Shown: positions 1 through 11,700 of the stretch, one piece after another
How positions within the stretch are numbered: the stretch's first letter is position 1
Layout of the letters: each line of letters begins with the position of its first letter
Assembly (NCBI GenBank): GCA_036656055.1
Contig: JAVVOY010000003.1
Span: 27,754 to 91,753, forward strand
Direction of reading: 5' to 3'
DNA from: Bacteroidales bacterium
Lineage (GTDB): Bacteria; Bacteroidota; Bacteroidia; Bacteroidales; G3-4614
DNA: 64,000 bases
Notes under the pieces: model-generated
The model's database searches: none
What the model was told of the DNA's origin: nothing
The model's input: the letters and a program-made list of their open reading frames with translations, nothing else
Program-made: the position numbers and the translations under genes

Positions 1-524
1 ATATTTCTTCCAGAGAGTTTGCCGTAGTGGTATTTACGGCTGTATTTTTCTACATCGAAATATACTGATCCTTCGCTGATATAGGCATATCCGGCATCAA
101 GAATTTTTTTTATATACTCTATCTGTTCTATTATATGTCCTGATGCGTGTGGTTCAATGCTGGGTGGAAGAACGTTGAGCCGCTCCATGGCTTTGTGGTA
201 ACGGTTAAGGTAATATTGTACTACTTCCATGGGCTCAAGTGAGTCGATACGTGCTTTTTTTGCTATCTTATCTTCGCCATCGTCTGCATCGTGTTCGAGA
301 TGTCCTACATCAGTTATGTTACGGACATAGCGGACTTTATACCCGAGGTGCTGGAGGTAACGGAACAGGATGTCGAAGGTTATTGCGGGTCGTGCATGTC
401 CGAGGTGTCCGTCTCCGTAAACGGTGGGTCCGCAGACGTACATTCCGGCTTTTCCTTCGTTTATGGGTTTGAAGGGCTCTTTTTTACGCGAGAGGGTATT
501 GTATATTATTAGTTGTTGTTCCAT
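1..524 (-). CDS. cysS: cysteine--tRNA ligase, N-terminal part (gene continues beyond window start)
   Basis: Manual minus-strand translation from ATG 524-522: [57 protein letters not shown]... The class I aaRS HIGH-type motif (HLGH) sits in the CysRS context MYVCGPTVY. Absent from the ORF track because it runs off the window. Confidence 0.85.
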   Translation of the reverse strand, partial: MEQQLIIYNTLSRKKEPFKPINEGKAGMYVCGPTVYGDGHLGHARPAITFDILFRYLQHLGYKVRYVRNITDVGHLEHDADDGEDKIAKKARIDSLEPMEVVQYYLNRYHKAMERLNVLPPSIEPHASGHIIEQIEYIKKILDAGYAYISEGSVYFDVEKYSRKYHYGKLSGRN

Positions 525-552
525 GATGGGGTGGTGTGGAGCTTTTGAATTG

Positions 553-846
553 TTAGTTTGCAAATGGCGTGGCGGTTGCTCCTTGATTTCCGTTGAGGTT
601 TATCTTGCCGTATTGCAGTTCGTATTTTGAAATATTGTCTTGAAGTGCAAATAAAAGTCGTTTTGCATGTTCTGGTGTAAGTATTATGCGCGATTTGACC
701 GGTGTTTTGTTCACGCCGGGCATCATGCGTGCAAAGTCTACTATAAATTCTGATGATGAGTGGGATATTACTGCCAAATTGGAGTATATTCCTTCTGCTA
801 CTTCGGGGGAGAGTTCAAGCTCAATCCCTTTTTTCTGTTCTTCCAT
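553..846 (-). CDS. DUF3467-like small conserved protein
   Basis: 97-aa ORF. The segment [24 protein letters not shown]...[24 protein letters not shown] matches my recollection of the Bacteroidetes DUF3467 family. Confidence 0.55.
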   Translation of the reverse strand: MEEQKKGIELELSPEVAEGIYSNLAVISHSSSEFIVDFARMMPGVNKTPVKSRIILTPEHAKRLLFALQDNISKYELQYGKINLNGNQGATATPFAN

Positions 847-856
847 AATTATATAT

Positions 857-1531
857 CTAAATGTGAAATATATCGTTATTGTTCACTATTTGTCCGTCAC
901 ATAGGTGGATTACTCGGTCTGCCATCTTTGATAGCATCTGATCGTGTGTTACTATCACGAACGTTTGTCCCATCTCTTGACGTAGTTTGAGGAAAAGTTT
1001 GTGAAGTTCTTCTTTTTGACGGGTGTCTAAACTTCCGGAGGGTTCGTCCGCTAATATTATATCGGGGTTGTTGATTAGTGCTCGTGCTACTGCTACGCGC
1101 TGCTTTTCTCCACCTGATAGTTGTGATGGTTTGTGGTCGAGACGTTTGCCGAGTTCAAGAAATGATAATAACTCTTTTGCTCGCGCTGATGCTTGTTTTG
1201 AATCGGCTTTGCCTATGAGCGCAGGGATCATAACGTTTTCTCGGGCTGTAAATTCTGGGAGCAACTGATGAAACTGAAATATAAATCCTATATGTTTGTT
1301 CCGGAATGATGCGAGGGCTTTTCCTTTGAGTGTGACAATATCTGTCTCTCCTATAATGATGTTTCCGCTGGTTGGGGTATCAAGTGTCCCAATTATTTGC
1401 AATAGTGTTGTTTTACCTGCTCCGCTAGGTCCTACTACGGCTACGATCTCCCCTCTTTTTATGGAGACGTCTACGCCTTTGAGGACTTCTAATGTCCCGA
1501 AACTTTTGTGTATGTTTTTTGCTTCTACCAT
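857..1531 (-). CDS. ABC transporter ATP-binding protein (LolD/FtsE-like)
   Basis: Walker [10 protein letters not shown], signature [15 protein letters not shown], Walker [10 protein letters not shown]. Start placed at the internal [11 protein letters not shown] (ATG 1531), which avoids overlap with the upstream gene. The ORF-track start is 1573. Confidence 0.8.
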   Translation of the reverse strand: MVEAKNIHKSFGTLEVLKGVDVSIKRGEIVAVVGPSGAGKTTLLQIIGTLDTPTSGNIIIGETDIVTLKGKALASFRNKHIGFIFQFHQLLPEFTARENVMIPALIGKADSKQASARAKELLSFLELGKRLDHKPSQLSGGEKQRVAVARALINNPDIILADEPSGSLDTRQKEELHKLFLKLRQEMGQTFVIVTHDQMLSKMADRVIHLCDGQIVNNNDIFHI

Positions 1532-2253
1532 AACCCTATTAGCTTTCTTATTGTGTATGATGCTAGATAACATCCGAATATTGCGGGGAGATATGATATT
1601 GTTCCTACTGTTGTGCGTTTGTTTTTTTCTTCCGTAGGAATTATGTATTCTGAACTGACGTCTTCTTCTGAGAATACCGTCATTATGCCTGATTTTATCC
1701 CTTTATCGCGTAATCCTCTGCGAACGGCTCTTGCTAATGCGCAGTGTTCGGTCTTTGATATGTCTGCGTATTTTACTGCTGATGGATCTATTCTTCCTCC
1801 GGCTCCCATTGAGGATATTACGTCTGTGTTATTCTCTTTGCACGCTGTTATCAGATTTATTTTTGGGGCGAGAGTATCTATTGCGTCTATAACAAAGTCG
1901 TAATTTCCGCAGTGGATCAATTTTTCCATCTCTGAATATTCTATGTAACGGGAAACGGAGTGAAGTTTTATTTCTGGGTTTATGTCTGTTATCCGAATCT
2001 CCATAACATCGGTCTTGTGTTTTTTGAGGGTACTGGTTGTTGCGGGAAGTTGACGGTTTATATTGGTTGGCGTTATTGTGTCGCCGTCAATAATTGTCAT
2101 CTCTCCTATGCCTGCACGTGCTACGAGTTCTGCTGCGTAGGCCCCTACACCTCCGAGTCCCATAACAAGAACGTGTGATTCTGAAAGTTTCTTTATGCCT
2201 TCTGTTTTTATTATCAGTTCTGTTCTGGATAACCACTCTTGCATTTTAGTCAC
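1525..2253 (-). CDS. tcdA: ThiF/MoeB-family tRNA threonylcarbamoyladenosine dehydratase
   Basis: 242 aa with the Rossmann motif [29 protein letters not shown]. Size and layout are typical of TcdA/CsdL. Confidence 0.65.
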   Translation of the reverse strand: MTKMQEWLSRTELIIKTEGIKKLSESHVLVMGLGGVGAYAAELVARAGIGEMTIIDGDTITPTNINRQLPATTSTLKKHKTDVMEIRITDINPEIKLHSVSRYIEYSEMEKLIHCGNYDFVIDAIDTLAPKINLITACKENNTDVISSMGAGGRIDPSAVKYADISKTEHCALARAVRRGLRDKGIKSGIMTVFSEEDVSSEYIIPTEEKNKRTTVGTISYLPAIFGCYLASYTIRKLIGLW

Positions 2254-2333
2254 TTTTTATGGTAATAATCGGCTTTTTGGGACTGTCTATTTTTTACGTC
2301 TGCCAGCTGTCTTTCCGAATTTTTCAGTGGCTT

Positions 2334-3803
2334 TTATTTGTTACGCAATGCTTCGTCCATTGATTTTGCAGCCCTGAGACCATCGCCCATTGCAAGTATT
2401 ACGGTGGCTCCTCCGCGGACGATATCGCCTCCGGCGTAAAGGTCGGAGATGTCTGAACGCATTGTTGTTTCATCGACAATTATTGTCCCTTTTTTGCTTA
2501 TCTGTAATCCTTGAATTGAATTGGGTATTAACGGATTTGGCGAAACGCCTACGCTGACGATAACTTCATCTATGTCAATTGTTTCAATTGCTCCTTCTAT
2601 CGGTTCTGGTGAACGTCTGCCTGAAGCATCGGGTTCTCCGAGTTGCATTTTCTGGAGACGCATTGATTTTACGTGCCCTTTTTCGTCGCCTATGTATTCT
2701 ATTGGGTTGTGAAGTGTCATGAACTCTACTTGTTCTTGTTTTGCATGGTGTATCTCTTCTACGCGTGCGGGCATCTCTTCTTCGCTGCGACGATAGACGA
2801 TAATGGCGCGTTCGGCTCCGACGCGTTTTGCTGTCCTTACTGAGTCCATTGCTGTGTTACCTCCGCCTATTACGGCAACGTTTTTGCCTTTTATCATTGG
2901 TGTTTCTGAATCTTTTTCGGCTGCACCCATAAGGTTTACGCGGGTGAGGTATTCGTTGCTGGACATGACTCCGATAAGGTTCTCTCCCGGGATATTCATG
3001 AATCGGGGCAATCCGGCACCACTGCCGATGAATATGCCTTTGAATCCATTTGTGTGTATGTCGTCGTATGAGATGGTTTTGCCTACAATGCAGTCTGTGA
3101 TAAATTCAACCCCCATTTTGCGTAGGTTGTTTATCTCTACGTTGACGATGTTGTTGGGTAGACGAAATTCGGGAATGCCGTATTTGAGAACACCACCTAT
3201 TTCGTGAAGGGCTTCAAAAACGGTAATATTGTAACCGCGTTTTGCCATCTCTCCTGCAAAGGATAGTCCGGCGGGACCAGAGCCTACTACGGCTATCTTT
3301 GTTCCGTTCTTCTCTTTTATTTCAGTGGTGGTAATATTGCCACTTTCGCGTTCATAATCGGCGGCAAATCTCTCTAAATAACCTACGGCAACTGGCTCTT
3401 TGCCGAGTTTGAGTTTATAAAAACAGAATGATTCGCACTGTTTCTCCTGTGGGCATACTCGTCCGCAGACTGCTGGAAGTGTGCTGGTCTTTTTGAGTGT
3501 TTTTGCTGCTTCGAGGAACTCTCCGCGCTCAATGTTTTTTATGAAGGTTGGGATGAATATGTTTACAGGGCACCCTTCCATGCATCTTGGGTCGGGGCAG
3601 TCGAGGCAGCGGGATGCTTCGCGTTGCGCCTGTTCTGAGGTGAGCCCGCAGTTTACTTCTTCATTGTTTGTTATGCGGTAGGCGGGGGAGAGCTCATTCA
3701 TTTTAACGCGCTCTATTTCTGTCCTATCTTTGCTCTTTTTCTCTTTGCGCAATGTTTCACGCCACTCTTCGGCTCTTTGCGCTAATGCTTCTTCTTTACT
3801 CAT
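2334..3803 (-). CDS. GltD-family NADPH-dependent oxidoreductase (glutamate synthase small-subunit-like / NfnB-like)
   Basis: 489 aa. N-terminal Cys clusters (CLDCPDPRCMEGCP, CGRVCPQEKQCE), two dinucleotide-binding motifs (VVGSGPAGLS, VIGGGNTAMD) and C-terminal AGGD. Confidence 0.8.
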   Translation of the reverse strand: MSKEEALAQRAEEWRETLRKEKKSKDRTEIERVKMNELSPAYRITNNEEVNCGLTSEQAQREASRCLDCPDPRCMEGCPVNIFIPTFIKNIERGEFLEAAKTLKKTSTLPAVCGRVCPQEKQCESFCFYKLKLGKEPVAVGYLERFAADYERESGNITTTEIKEKNGTKIAVVGSGPAGLSFAGEMAKRGYNITVFEALHEIGGVLKYGIPEFRLPNNIVNVEINNLRKMGVEFITDCIVGKTISYDDIHTNGFKGIFIGSGAGLPRFMNIPGENLIGVMSSNEYLTRVNLMGAAEKDSETPMIKGKNVAVIGGGNTAMDSVRTAKRVGAERAIIVYRRSEEEMPARVEEIHHAKQEQVEFMTLHNPIEYIGDEKGHVKSMRLQKMQLGEPDASGRRSPEPIEGAIETIDIDEVIVSVGVSPNPLIPNSIQGLQISKKGTIIVDETTMRSDISDLYAGGDIVRGGATVILAMGDGLRAAKSMDEALRNK

Positions 3804-3848
3804 AATAATCTGTGTGACGGACTGTATTTTCCGTCTTCCTTGTAAAAT

Positions 3849-4640
3849 TTATTCTATCTCTTTGTATGATGATAAGCGCATAAGCATTTCATCGAAATTA
3901 ACTTGATGTGCATCAAATTCAGGGCCGTCAACGCATACAAATTTTGTCTTCCCGCCAACGGTTATGCGACATGCTCCGCACATACCTGTTCCATCAACCA
4001 TAATGGTGTTCAGTGACGCTACTGTGGGAATGTTATACTTCTTTGTGAGGAGTGAAACGAATTTCATCATTATAGCTGGACCTATTGTTAAGCAGAGATC
4101 TATTTTTTCGCGCAAGATTATCTCTTCGGCTCCGTTTGTTACAAGTCCTTTTTTGCCGCTGGAGCCGTCGTCGGTCATTATTATTACTTCATCGGCATTT
4201 GCTCGCATCTGCTCTTCGAGTATTATCAACTCTTTTGTGCGGGCGGCGAGGATAACGATTACTTTGTTCCCTGCTTTTTTAAATGCTTCGACAATGGGGA
4301 GTAGTGGCGCTACGCCTACTCCTCCTCCGCAACATAGCACTGTCCCTACTTTTTGAATATGCGTGGCTTGTCCGAGAGGACCTACTACATCTGTCAGATA
4401 ATCCCCAACCTCAAGTGAACATATCTTCTTTGTGGATTTTCCTACAGCTTGTATCACAAGAGTTATTGTCCCTTTTTGTGAATCTGACTGTGCAATTGTA
4501 AGAGGTATTCTTTCGCCTTTTTCTCCGGCGCGTACTATCACAAAGTGTCCTGCTTTTCGTGCTTTTGCTATAAGTGGGGCTTCGACAACCAACTTAATGA
4601 CATTTTCTGAAAAATGCTCTTTTCCTATAATCTTGTTCAT
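3849..4640 (-). CDS. sulfide/dihydroorotate dehydrogenase-like FAD/NAD-binding subunit (NfnA-like)
   Basis: 263 aa with a ferredoxin-reductase-type fold (GHFVIVR, CCGGGVGVAPL) and a C-terminal Cys cluster CGACRITVGGKTKFVCVDGPEF. Adjacent to and co-oriented with the GltD-like gene. Confidence 0.75.
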   Translation of the reverse strand: MNKIIGKEHFSENVIKLVVEAPLIAKARKAGHFVIVRAGEKGERIPLTIAQSDSQKGTITLVIQAVGKSTKKICSLEVGDYLTDVVGPLGQATHIQKVGTVLCCGGGVGVAPLLPIVEAFKKAGNKVIVILAARTKELIILEEQMRANADEVIIMTDDGSSGKKGLVTNGAEEIILREKIDLCLTIGPAIMMKFVSLLTKKYNIPTVASLNTIMVDGTGMCGACRITVGGKTKFVCVDGPEFDAHQVNFDEMLMRLSSYKEIE

Positions 4641-4838
4641 GTTATATAATCATGATATTTTGTGGCATAAAAGTCTATAATGCTGTATTAAAGCACAAAG
4701 ATAGATATTTTTGAAGGAGTAGCCATAAAATTGCTGAAAAATACTCCTTTTACCTAAAATGGCAGTGGTGTATTAAAAAATTGTCCGGATGTTTTTTTGT
4801 GTCGGTTGAAATAACTAAATTTGCAGCATAATTTATGT

Positions 4839-4881
4839 GGAGGGATTTGGCTGCTTGCAACCACAGAAAAAAATGCTAAAA
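4839..4881 (+). promoter_or_regulatory. candidate SAM-responsive riboswitch core (SAM-II-like) in the metK leader
   Basis: GGAGGGAUUUGGCUGCUUGCAACCACAGAAAAAAAUGCUAAAA lies ~85 nt upstream of the metK ATG. It resembles, from memory, the SAM-II core GAUUU..GGCU..UUGCA.CC...AAAGCUAAAA. Not verified with a covariance model. Confidence 0.35.
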
Positions 4882-4965
4882 CTATATCTGTTCCGTTCTG
4901 GAAAGGTGGTAGTGAAAATCCTCTCACATAGTTAGTATAAACGTTTTCTCATAAAATTAATTGCT

Positions 4966-6252
4966 ATGGGTTATCTTTTTACATCGGAATCGGTATCGGA
5001 GGGGCATCCTGATAAGGTTGCCGATCAAATATCTGATGCTCTACTGGATGAGTTCCTTGCACGTGACCGAAACTCGAAAGTGGCATGTGAGACTCTTGTA
5101 ACAACCGGACAGGTGGTTATTGCAGGGGAGGTTAAATCGAGCGCGTATATTGATCTGACTGATGTTACGCGCAGGGTAATAAACAGAATTGGATATACTA
5201 AGAGTGAGTATAATTTCGACGGGAACTCTTGTGGCGTATTTTCTGCTATTCATGAACAGTCGCCTGATATTAACCGTGGCGTGGAGCGTGAAAATGAGAT
5301 GGATCAGGGGGCTGGAGATCAGGGTATGATGTTTGGTTACGCGTGTGACGAAACGGATAATTTTATGCCGCTTTCGTTGGATCTGTCGCATGCTCTTTTG
5401 CTTGAACTTGCTGAGATACGCCGAGATGGTAGGCTAATGCCGTACTTACGCCCGGATGCTAAATCGCAAGTAACGGTTGAGTATGATGATAATAATGTTC
5501 CGGTGCATATTGATACGATAGTGGTATCTACACAGCATGATGAATTTATTTCAGGAGCTGCTAATGTGGCGGATCGTGAGTCTGATATGTTTATGCTGGA
5601 GCGTATTCGTAAGGATGTAAAGGAGATACTTATTCCGCGAGTGGTAGGTAAACTTCCTGAACGTTTGCGATCTCTTTTTGACGAGAGGGTAAAATTGTAT
5701 GTTAATCCTACCGGAAAGTTTGTGATAGGTGGTCCTCATGGTGATACTGGTCTTACTGGACGTAAAATAATTGTGGATACTTATGGTGGAAAAGGGGCTC
5801 ATGGTGGTGGTGCGTTTTCGGGTAAGGACCCGTCTAAGGTAGACCGCTCGGGAGCGTATGCTGCTCGCCATATTGCTAAAAACCTTGTCGCAGCCGGAGT
5901 AGCATCGGAAGTGCTTGTGCAGGTCTCCTACGCTATTGGGGTGGCTGAACCTATAAATGTTTATGTTAATACTTCTGGTACTTGTAAGATAGGTGTTAGT
6001 GATAACCTTATAGCGGATAAGGTTTCTGAAATATTTGATATGCGTCCGCGTGCAATTGAGCAGCGGCTGAAGTTGCGCAACCCTATATATGAGGAGACGG
6101 CGGCTTACGGGCATATGGGGCGCGAGCCGCGTACTGTTGTTAAACGTTTTGTCTCAAAATATTTCCCGGATGTGGAGTGTGAAGTGGAGTTGTTTACATG
6201 GGAGAAACTCGATTTCGTGGATAGGATAAAAGCAGCTTTTGGAATAAGATAA
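4966..6252 (+). CDS. metK: S-adenosylmethionine synthase
   Basis: 428 aa: [70 protein letters not shown]. Confidence 0.97.
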   Translation: MGYLFTSESVSEGHPDKVADQISDALLDEFLARDRNSKVACETLVTTGQVVIAGEVKSSAYIDLTDVTRRVINRIGYTKSEYNFDGNSCGVFSAIHEQSPDINRGVERENEMDQGAGDQGMMFGYACDETDNFMPLSLDLSHALLLELAEIRRDGRLMPYLRPDAKSQVTVEYDDNNVPVHIDTIVVSTQHDEFISGAANVADRESDMFMLERIRKDVKEILIPRVVGKLPERLRSLFDERVKLYVNPTGKFVIGGPHGDTGLTGRKIIVDTYGGKGAHGGGAFSGKDPSKVDRSGAYAARHIAKNLVAAGVASEVLVQVSYAIGVAEPINVYVNTSGTCKIGVSDNLIADKVSEIFDMRPRAIEQRLKLRNPIYEETAAYGHMGREPRTVVKRFVSKYFPDVECEVELFTWEKLDFVDRIKAAFGIR

Positions 6253-6376
6253 TCATGATTACAGGCTCTTAATAATCTCTTTTTTAGTAGTTGTTGCTAA
6301 AAAAGGCATTATTCTGTTTTATTCCGTATTTTTAGTGAGGGCGGAAGATATTGTAGTGAAGATAGGGTATGATTCA

Positions 6377-6404
6377 ACATAATCCAAATTTATTTGGATT
6401 ATGT
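6377..6404. repeat. 28-bp perfect palindrome ACATAATCCAAAT-TT-ATTTGGATTATGT (copy 1)
   Basis: Read directly. Its TTTG at 6393-6396 lies 21 nt upstream of a TATCTTTG box at 6418-6425. Confidence 0.9.
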
Positions 6405-6460
6405 ATTAGCTTTGCATTATCTTTGCTTAATATAAATAAAAGCTAAAATAGGCTGGGTTT

Positions 6461-6492
6461 CAATATAATCCAAATTTATTTGGATTATATTG
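6461..6492. repeat. 32-bp perfect palindrome CAATATAATCCAAAT-TT-ATTTGGATTATATTG (copy 2)
   Basis: Read directly. Same core as copy 1, with a paired C->T / G->A change that keeps the dyad symmetry. Confidence 0.9.
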
Positions 6493-6540
6493 GGGATAGG
6501 CTCTTTTGTATATGGCAAATGTTTTTAATTGCGGATTGAA

Positions 6541-8700
6541 ATGGTTACAGCCTCTTTTTTCCCATCATTACCTATAACCAACTCAGCACTTATTTTCTTT
6601 GTAGTGCTGACGATAATTCTGTTTGCACCTATTATTCTGAACCGTCTTCATATTCCGCATATTATTGGGCTTATTTTTGCCGGAATGATTGTAGGTCCTT
6701 ATGGGCTGAATCTTTTGGCTTATGACGCAAGTTTTGGAATATTTGGAAATGTGGGTCTATTGTACCTTATGTTTCTTGTTGGTCTTGAAATGAGTATATC
6801 TGATTTTAAGAAGAATAAGCGTGAGGGGATAATGTTTGGCATTTATACGTTTGCAATTCCACTTGTCTTTGGATTGCTGACATCTAAGTATCTGCTGGGG
6901 ATAAGTTGGTTGGCTTCTTCTTTGCTGGCGACAGTTTATGCTTCTCATACTCTTATTGCGTTCCCTATTGTTAGCCGTTACGGAACATCGAAGGCGCGTT
7001 CAGTATCTATTGCGATAGCTGGAACGGTAATCACTGTTATCGCGTCTCTTACGTTGATGGCTATTGTGGCTGGTATTGCCGGCGAGGGGGCAGGTATGTT
7101 CCAATGGGTGCGCTTAGTGGTTGGTGTGGCGTTGTATACTGTAATGCTTTTATACTCTTATCCGCGCATTACGCGTTGGTTTTTCAAGAAATACAATGAT
7201 CAGGTTTCACAATTTATATTTATTCTTGCTCTTGTGTTTGCAGCTGCATATCTTGCCGAATGGATAGGGTTAGTAGGAATTATTGGTGCATTTTTTGCAG
7301 GAATAATACTTACGCGCTATATTCCGGCGGTATCTCCGCTTATGAACCGTATAGAGTTTGTTGGGAATGCTTTGTTTATTCCTTATTTTCTTATAGGTGT
7401 TGGAATGATGATTAACCTGCGCGGTTTTACTTCGTGGTACAGTATATGGGTGGCGATGGTTATGATTGTAGTGGCGATACTTTCAAAGTGGATCGCTGCA
7501 TGGGTGATGCAGAAGCATTTTGGTCTTTCGCAAAGATCGCGAAATATGATTTTTGGACTGAGTTCGGCGAAGGCTGCTGCGACTTTGGCGGCGGTTCTGA
7601 TTGGATATAAGGTGGGTCTGTTTGATGCTGCAATATTTAATGGGGCAATATTGATGATATTGGTAACTTGTACGGTTAGTGCTTTTGTTACTGAGGAGGC
7701 TGCAAAGGAGATAGCACTTGGGGCTATGTCGGGTGAGGGTGGGGCAAGTGTGCCGGATGATGCGGAAAAGATACTTATTCCGATATCTAACCCTCTTACT
7801 ACGGACCTTTTGGTGAATTTGGCTCTTATTATGAAAAATCCGAGATTGAAGGTCCCTTTGTGTTTGCTCAATGTTATAAATGATGCACGGCAGGATAATC
7901 CGTCGGCAAGAAAAATATCTGAGAATACTCTTTTGCATGCGTCAAAAATAGTTACTGCTGCGGATACTCCGGTGGAGACGATTTCACGCTATGATATGAA
8001 TGTGGCGGCAGGAATAATACATACTATAAAGGAGAAGGGTATTTCGGAGGTTTTATTGGGATTGCACTATAAGGCTAATATAGCTGATACTTTTTTGGGA
8101 ATTAAGGCTGAAACGTTGCTTAAGGGGTCGTCAAAGATGGTATTGATAGCTAAGATGCAGATTCCTGCAAATACCATTACACGCATAGTTTTGGTTGTTC
8201 CTGAAAAGGCTGAGTATGAAACCGGTTTTGCGAAATGGGTAAACCGGATTGCAAATATGGCTTCGCAACTTGGCTGCCGAGTCATATTCTACGGACAGAG
8301 TGCAACGCTGATGCAGATAAAGGGGAGACTGCTTGAGGCGAATAGTAATATTCGTGCTGAATTTCAGATAATGGATAAATGGGGCGATATACTTATGCTT
8401 ACCGGGGTTGTGCTTGATGATGATTTGTTTGTGATAGTCTCTTCGCGTCCGGCATCAGTCTCTTATAATCCTGATTTTGAGAAGTTGCCTTCTTTCTTGT
8501 CTCGCTACTTTTCGGGAAATAATATTGTAGTTCTTTATCCTGAGCAGTTTGGGGAGGAGGGGGAACTTACGTTTTTTAGTGATCCCTTGGCTATAAATGT
8601 AAGGCAGAATCATGAATTTATAACGCATATTCGTAATTATTTGAGGAGCTTTTTTTCACGAGGCTTTTTTCTTAAAAAAAGAAATAAAGATACATTTTGA
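6541..8700 (+). CDS. cation:proton antiporter (CPA2 family) with large C-terminal cytoplasmic domain
   Basis: Roughly 400 aa of polytopic membrane domain (Na_H exchanger-like helices) followed by ~300 aa soluble region. Start taken at ATG 6541, because the track start 6529 is a TTG. Confidence 0.75.
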   Translation: MVTASFFPSLPITNSALIFFVVLTIILFAPIILNRLHIPHIIGLIFAGMIVGPYGLNLLAYDASFGIFGNVGLLYLMFLVGLEMSISDFKKNKREGIMFGIYTFAIPLVFGLLTSKYLLGISWLASSLLATVYASHTLIAFPIVSRYGTSKARSVSIAIAGTVITVIASLTLMAIVAGIAGEGAGMFQWVRLVVGVALYTVMLLYSYPRITRWFFKKYNDQVSQFIFILALVFAAAYLAEWIGLVGIIGAFFAGIILTRYIPAVSPLMNRIEFVGNALFIPYFLIGVGMMINLRGFTSWYSIWVAMVMIVVAILSKWIAAWVMQKHFGLSQRSRNMIFGLSSAKAAATLAAVLIGYKVGLFDAAIFNGAILMILVTCTVSAFVTEEAAKEIALGAMSGEGGASVPDDAEKILIPISNPLTTDLLVNLALIMKNPRLKVPLCLLNVINDARQDNPSARKISENTLLHASKIVTAADTPVETISRYDMNVAAGIIHTIKEKGISEVLLGLHYKANIADTFLGIKAETLLKGSSKMVLIAKMQIPANTITRIVLVVPEKAEYETGFAKWVNRIANMASQLGCRVIFYGQSATLMQIKGRLLEANSNIRAEFQIMDKWGDILMLTGVVLDDDLFVIVSSRPASVSYNPDFEKLPSFLSRYFSGNNIVVLYPEQFGEEGELTFFSDPLAINVRQNHEFITHIRNYLRSFFSRGFFLKKRNKDTF

Positions 8701-11700
8701 TGATGGTAAAATTTATAAATAAGTTATTTATAGTAATGGTGATGCTTATTTTTGCGCCGTTGATTCGTGCGCAGATAAGTGAGGGAGGGGTGCCTCCGAG
8801 TTTTGTTTATTCGTTGAAAGATCCATCTTTGAAGGCTGATATGGAAATTACTCCTTATAGGATAAAGAATCCCTTCTCTTTGAGTCAGTTGATGGAGGAT
8901 GAGGCTATTTCGGGAAATGGTCTACCTGAAAGGGTGGGGATTTTGCTTGCTGCTGGGCTTTCGCTGTCTGATGCTGGTGAATGGACAAAATTATCTACCG
9001 GTGAAATGATTTGTCGCTTGCGAGTGCAGTCGCAAGGTGCTATTGCAATTTCTCTGTATTATAAAAGGTTTTATATCCCTGAGGGGGGACGGTTATTTAT
9101 ATACAACAAAAGTCATACGCAGTTACTGGGGGCGTATACCTCGCGGACGAATCCGGATGGAGGTCTCTTTTCGTCGGAATTTGTGGCAGGGGACGATATT
9201 ATTCTTGAATATGCTGCTCCTGAAATTAATAATGAAGCTCCGCAGATAGAGATATCGGATATATGTTATGGTTATAAGAATCTTAGGGTTTTAAATGGTG
9301 TAGATATTAGCTGCATGGTGGATATTAATTGTCCTGAGGGTAATGATTGGAAGAATGAAAAGGATGGTGTGGTAAAGATGATTACTGTGATTGGGCGTTA
9401 TTCGTACTTGTGTACGGCTACGCTTTTGAATAATACGTCCGAGGATTTTAAACCGTATATGTATACGGCGTTTCATTGTCTAAAGGATGACTATAAGTTT
9501 GTTTCTACAACGGAACTTTTGCAGTCACAATTTTACTTTAATTATGAGACCACTTCGTGTATGGGTGATATGATAAGGGATTATACATCAATTATTGGGT
9601 GCGAATTTCTTGAAGGTTCTGATTTAAACGGAGGTCTTGATCAGGCGTTGTTGCTTATGAAGGGCAGAATACCATCGGGGCTTAATCCTTATTTTAATGG
9701 ATGGGATAGAGGAGTGGGGGCGTCAGAGTCGGGTGTATGTATTCATCATCCGCAAGGGAGTGTAAAAAAAATCTCTACATTCACTTCTCCTGCCGTATCT
9801 TATACATGGAGATCTCCCGGTGTGACAGGATTTAATGATGGACATTGGAGTGTACATTTTGTAAGGACAAGTAATGGCTTTTCTGTAACTGAGAAGGGTT
9901 CTTCGGGTTCTTCTCTGTTTAATCAGGAGCATAATGTGGTAGGCTCTTTGACTGGGGGATCGTCTTCGTGTTCTAACCTTAACGGAATAAATTGCTATGG
10001 TAAATTGCACCTATTTTTCGATAATGTCTCTAAATATTTGGATCCCTTAGGAAAAGGGTGGGGAAAATTAAACGGTTGCCACATGCTTAATGTAAGGCCT
10101 GCTCCTCGGAATTTGTCAGCAAGATGGAGCAATGACCGTACGGAGGTGACGCTTACATGGGAAGCTCCGGATAAGATACCTCTTTCGTATGTGATATATC
10201 GAAATGATTTAGAAGTAGGTAGGGGTAGCGCGTTATCATTTACTGAGAGCGGACTTTATGCCGGGCTTCATGAATATCAGGTGGTTGCTCTTTATGAGAA
10301 TGATGAGAAATCCGCAAAAAGTGCTGCTGTAATGGTTGAAAAGCATATTATTGCTCCTCCTAGAAATATTTCTGCAACGCGTGTTGGTGAGCAGGATGTT
10401 GAAGTTAAGTGGAATCTACCGATAGCTGAGCAGCAGATATTTTGGGGAAGTGGTAAAAGTGGTAATTGGGGTGGATATTCGGGAAATGTATTCCCGTTTT
10501 ATTTTGGACAACAGTGGTCGCCTTCGGATTTGAAGTGTGTTGACCGTTGTACTATTACGAAAGTGAAGTTTTTTGAACATGCGAATGTGAATTATGCTAT
10601 ATATATAGAACAAGGGGACAGAATTTATACCGAGGAGGTGGAGAGGTCTGATAAAAACAGAGATATAGAAAAGCTTCTCTCTGTCCCTTTTGTTGTGGAT
10701 GCTTCGCAGAAACTTATATGTGCCGTGAAGGTATTGAAAGCTGATAATAAGTATTATCTTACAACAGATGCTGCTCCCGCTCTCCCAAATAGGGGAAATA
10801 TATTTTCGATTGACGGAAAGAAGTGGAATGCATTGACAAGTAATAACTTTTATCTTAAATTTAGCCTTTCTTCGGTAATGGGTGAGGAAAAATTTGCTGC
10901 GAGAGGAGATGTACAGACAGAGATTGTTTCGGCTGAAGAGGAACATAATTTTATTTTTTCTACTGTTAACTCTCTTAAGAGTGATGTTGTTTCAGAAGGT
11001 GCAATAGTAGCTTCTTCTCGCCCAGTAGGTTTTATGGCGCCTTGTTATGACGTTTATCGTAATGGTGGGTTATTTAGCTTGGGTGCAGTGGAAAAATCGG
11101 TAAAGGATATTGGTGTTGAAAAAGGAAAGAGTTATATTTACAAAGTATCTGCCCGTTATGGTGATGAAGGCGAGGATTTTTCGGAGTCGGCTCCTTTTTT
11201 TCTTAAACCGGAAAGTTTTGATGCGAATATAAAGAGTTTGGTAGTAAACGGTGTTGAGGCGTCTCTTGTTTCAGGTGAGCTGAGGTATAATATTGCATTG
11301 GATTGCGATGTTAGCAAAGCAACGATCTTCGTATCGACACAGCATAGTGGTGCTGTGGTTAAAATAAATGATAAGATAGGGCGCACTTATACTGAAGATG
11401 TTGATGCTGGAAAGCATGTGGTCCCAGTTGAAGTGATTTCTGAGAGCGGGGAGAATGCCAAATCTTATGCACTTGGTATCTATAAATTGCCTGATAATAT
11501 AATATTAAAGCGTTGGGATGACGTGCTTGTTGTAGCTAATAATCCTGAAATCAACGGAGGTTTCCGTTTTTCTTCTTACAAATGGTATAGGAATGGAGTT
11601 GTTCTGGATGCTTTGTCGCAGTATATAACTCTTCCGGCAAACAAGTCGTCAGCGGATGTTTATATGGTAGAACTTGTTACTGAGGATGGTGTTATAGTTA

